From the NCBI GenBank assembly GCA_036351155.1, contig JAZBOO010000175.1, forward strand, positions 1 through 26,905: a stretch of 26,905 bases of DNA, given 5' to 3'. Shown here in pieces: positions 25,475-26,905 of the stretch. Below the pieces are notes generated by a model. It ran no database searches. It was not told where the DNA came from and saw only the letters and a list, made by a program, of their open reading frames with translations. How positions within the stretch are numbered: position 1 is the stretch's first letter; the number at the start of each line of letters is the position of its first letter. Source of the DNA: Candidatus Krumholzibacteriia bacterium. Its GTDB lineage: Bacteria; Krumholzibacteriota; Krumholzibacteriia; LZORAL124-64-63. The translations under genes and the position numbers were made by a program.

Positions 25475-26905
25475 ATGAACATGAAAAGGACGATGACTTT
25501 GCTGGTCCTGCTCACGGCGCTCCTGGTGCCGGTGGCAGCCACTCTGGCCGGCCTGCCCGCCAAGGAGGCCAACATCTGGGCTCCCGTGGGCGACCTGGTC
25601 GGCACGACCAACCACGGCACCGTGACCATGTCGGTCCTGGATGCCTATGGTTTCGAACCCAAGTCCAGCGAGGACTGGCAGCTGAATGACAAGTTCAGCG
25701 GCTCCTTGCTCTTCGGCTGGCACACGGCCAACGAGAACGGCACGCTGATGTCCCTGCGCAGCGCGGGCGGCAGCAGTCTGGACGGCAACGTGGACGGTCA
25801 TTTGACCTTCTCCGCCGTGCAGCCCGGCCGCTATGGCTTCAACCTCGACTACCGGGGTTTCGGGCACCGCTACGACACCACCAGCGAAATGCGTGCGGCC
25901 ACCTTCGGCCTCACCTATCCCTCGGCTCTGGCCGAGACGCCGGCCATGAACTGGAGTCGGGCGCGGTTCAGCATGAAATACCACGTCAACGAAGCCTGGC
26001 ACTTCGATGGCGGCCTGACGCAGATGGACCGCACCGGCACCAAGGGCAGTCTTCTGCGCGGCGCCCCCGGCACCGCGGCCCCCGGCTTGAAGAGCTTCGA
26101 CAACACCTCCAGCACCTTCTGGGTGCGCGGGAACTATGCCCTGAATCGCCTGGCGGCCAGCCTGCGGTTCGACATCACCGACAACCAGGGTGATCGCACC
26201 CAGGGCACCGGCCACACCTACGGCGACGATCAGCTGGTGTGGAATCTGAACCTGAAGGCCAAGTACCAGCTGAATCCCAAGACCCAGGTACTGGCCGGCG
26301 GCCTCCTGGCGCGCGCGGCCAACGACCTGACCGAAATGGTGGGCAGCTCCGAGTACCTGACCCAGAACGAGGCCAAGACCACCGCCGGACAACTGGGCGT
26401 GGTGAGCAAGATCACCAAGTGCACCACGGTCAACCTGACCGGTCAGTTCAAGAAGCAGGACACCGAGGCCCAGATCCTGGCCGATGGCACCACCATGGAC
26501 AACGCCATGACCCGGGACCGGACGGGCACCGTGATCCAGGCCAAGCTGGCCACCACCATCCTGCCCAAGTCCAAGATCCAGCTGTTCTACAAGTACAACA
26601 AGAGTGACCTGGAAGAGGTCGTGGCCCAGGACGCCCTGCCGGGCGTGGCCACCGACTTCCAGACCACCGACCAGGAGCGGACGAAGTCGGATGCGGGCCT
26701 CAAGTTCCGCTACCGTTTCAACCGCATGGCCAGCCTGAAGGGCAACCTGGGCTGGAGCAAGACCGAGATCACCGAGACCACCGCCGGTGAGGACATCCTC
26801 TACAAGCTGGGCGACCGGAACCTGGATCAGCTGAAGTACCAGCTGGCCCTGGGTCTCAAGCCCACCAGCGACCTGCGGATGGATCTGGGCTTCCAGGCCA
26901 TCGAC
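25475..26905 (+). CDS. Outer-membrane beta-barrel, MtrB/PioB-like porin (3' end beyond window)
   Basis: AAAGGAG SD, 12 bp after the decaheme stop. Partial hand translation gives signal peptide MNMKRTMTLLVLLTALLVPVAATLA, then QPGRYGFNLDYRGFGHRYD (MtrB-like) and alternating beta-strand patterns; still in frame at the window end (477 codons). Missing from the ORF track because it has no stop in the window. Confidence 0.82.
   Translation, partial: MNMKRTMTLLVLLTALLVPVAATLAGLPAKEANIWAPVGDLVGTTNHGTVTMSVLDAYGFEPKSSEDWQLNDKFSGSLLFGWHTANENGTLMSLRSAGGSSLDGNVDGHLTFSAVQPGRYGFNLDYRGFGHRYDTTSEMRAATFGLTYPSALAETPAMNWSRARFSMKYHVNEAWHFDGGLTQMDRTGTKGSLLRGAPGTAAPGLKSFDNTSSTFWVRGNYALNRLAASLRFDITDNQGDRTQGTGHTYGDDQLVWNLNLKAKYQLNPKTQVLAGGLLARAANDLTEMVGSSEYLTQNEAKTTAGQLGVVSKITKCTTVNLTGQFKKQDTEAQILADGTTMDNAMTRDRTGTVIQAKLATTILPKSKIQLFYKYNKSDLEEVVAQDALPGVATDFQTTDQERTKSDAGLKFRYRFNRMASLKGNLGWSKTEITETTAGEDILYKLGDRNLDQLKYQLALGLKPTSDLRMDLGFQAID

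Noticed and set aside
1..26905. CRISPR arrays, tRNA or rRNA genes, integrases
   Set aside because: None recognised; intergenic regions are short and show no regularly spaced repeats or cloverleaf signatures.

Overview
GC-rich bacterial chromosomal window from a diderm, probably anaerobic organism. The secreted dockerin-like family here resembles ones I associate with FCB-group candidate phyla such as Krumholzibacteriota/Latescibacterota; this is an unverified inference. Left to right: a truncated secreted beta-rich protein, a long-form guaA, a lipoprotein, a HAL2-type 3'(2'),5'-bisphosphate nucleotidase, a STAS protein, three tandem paralogous secreted proteins ending in a dockerin-like double Ca-binding repeat, a ~600 aa hypothetical protein with NMO/FabK/FabX-like motifs, a HI0933/BaiN flavoprotein, an orphan type IV pilin-like gene, an S9 peptidase, a carbon-nitrogen hydrolase with Met at the catalytic Lys position, an HNH endonuclease gene, an HD hydrolase, a secreted Shewanella-like phosphatase, apbE divergent from a complete rnfABCDGE operon, a hypothetical protein, an acyl-CoA thioesterase, a chalcone-isomerase-fold protein, and a decaheme MtrA/DmsE-type cytochrome followed by an MtrB/PioB-type porin that runs off the window. 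The two most striking signals are: (1) the HNH locus, where a 16-bp palindrome occurs both upstream of and inside the gene and G/C strand skew reverses across the locus; (2) Rex-like operators in front of both the Rnf operon and the porin-cytochrome operon.
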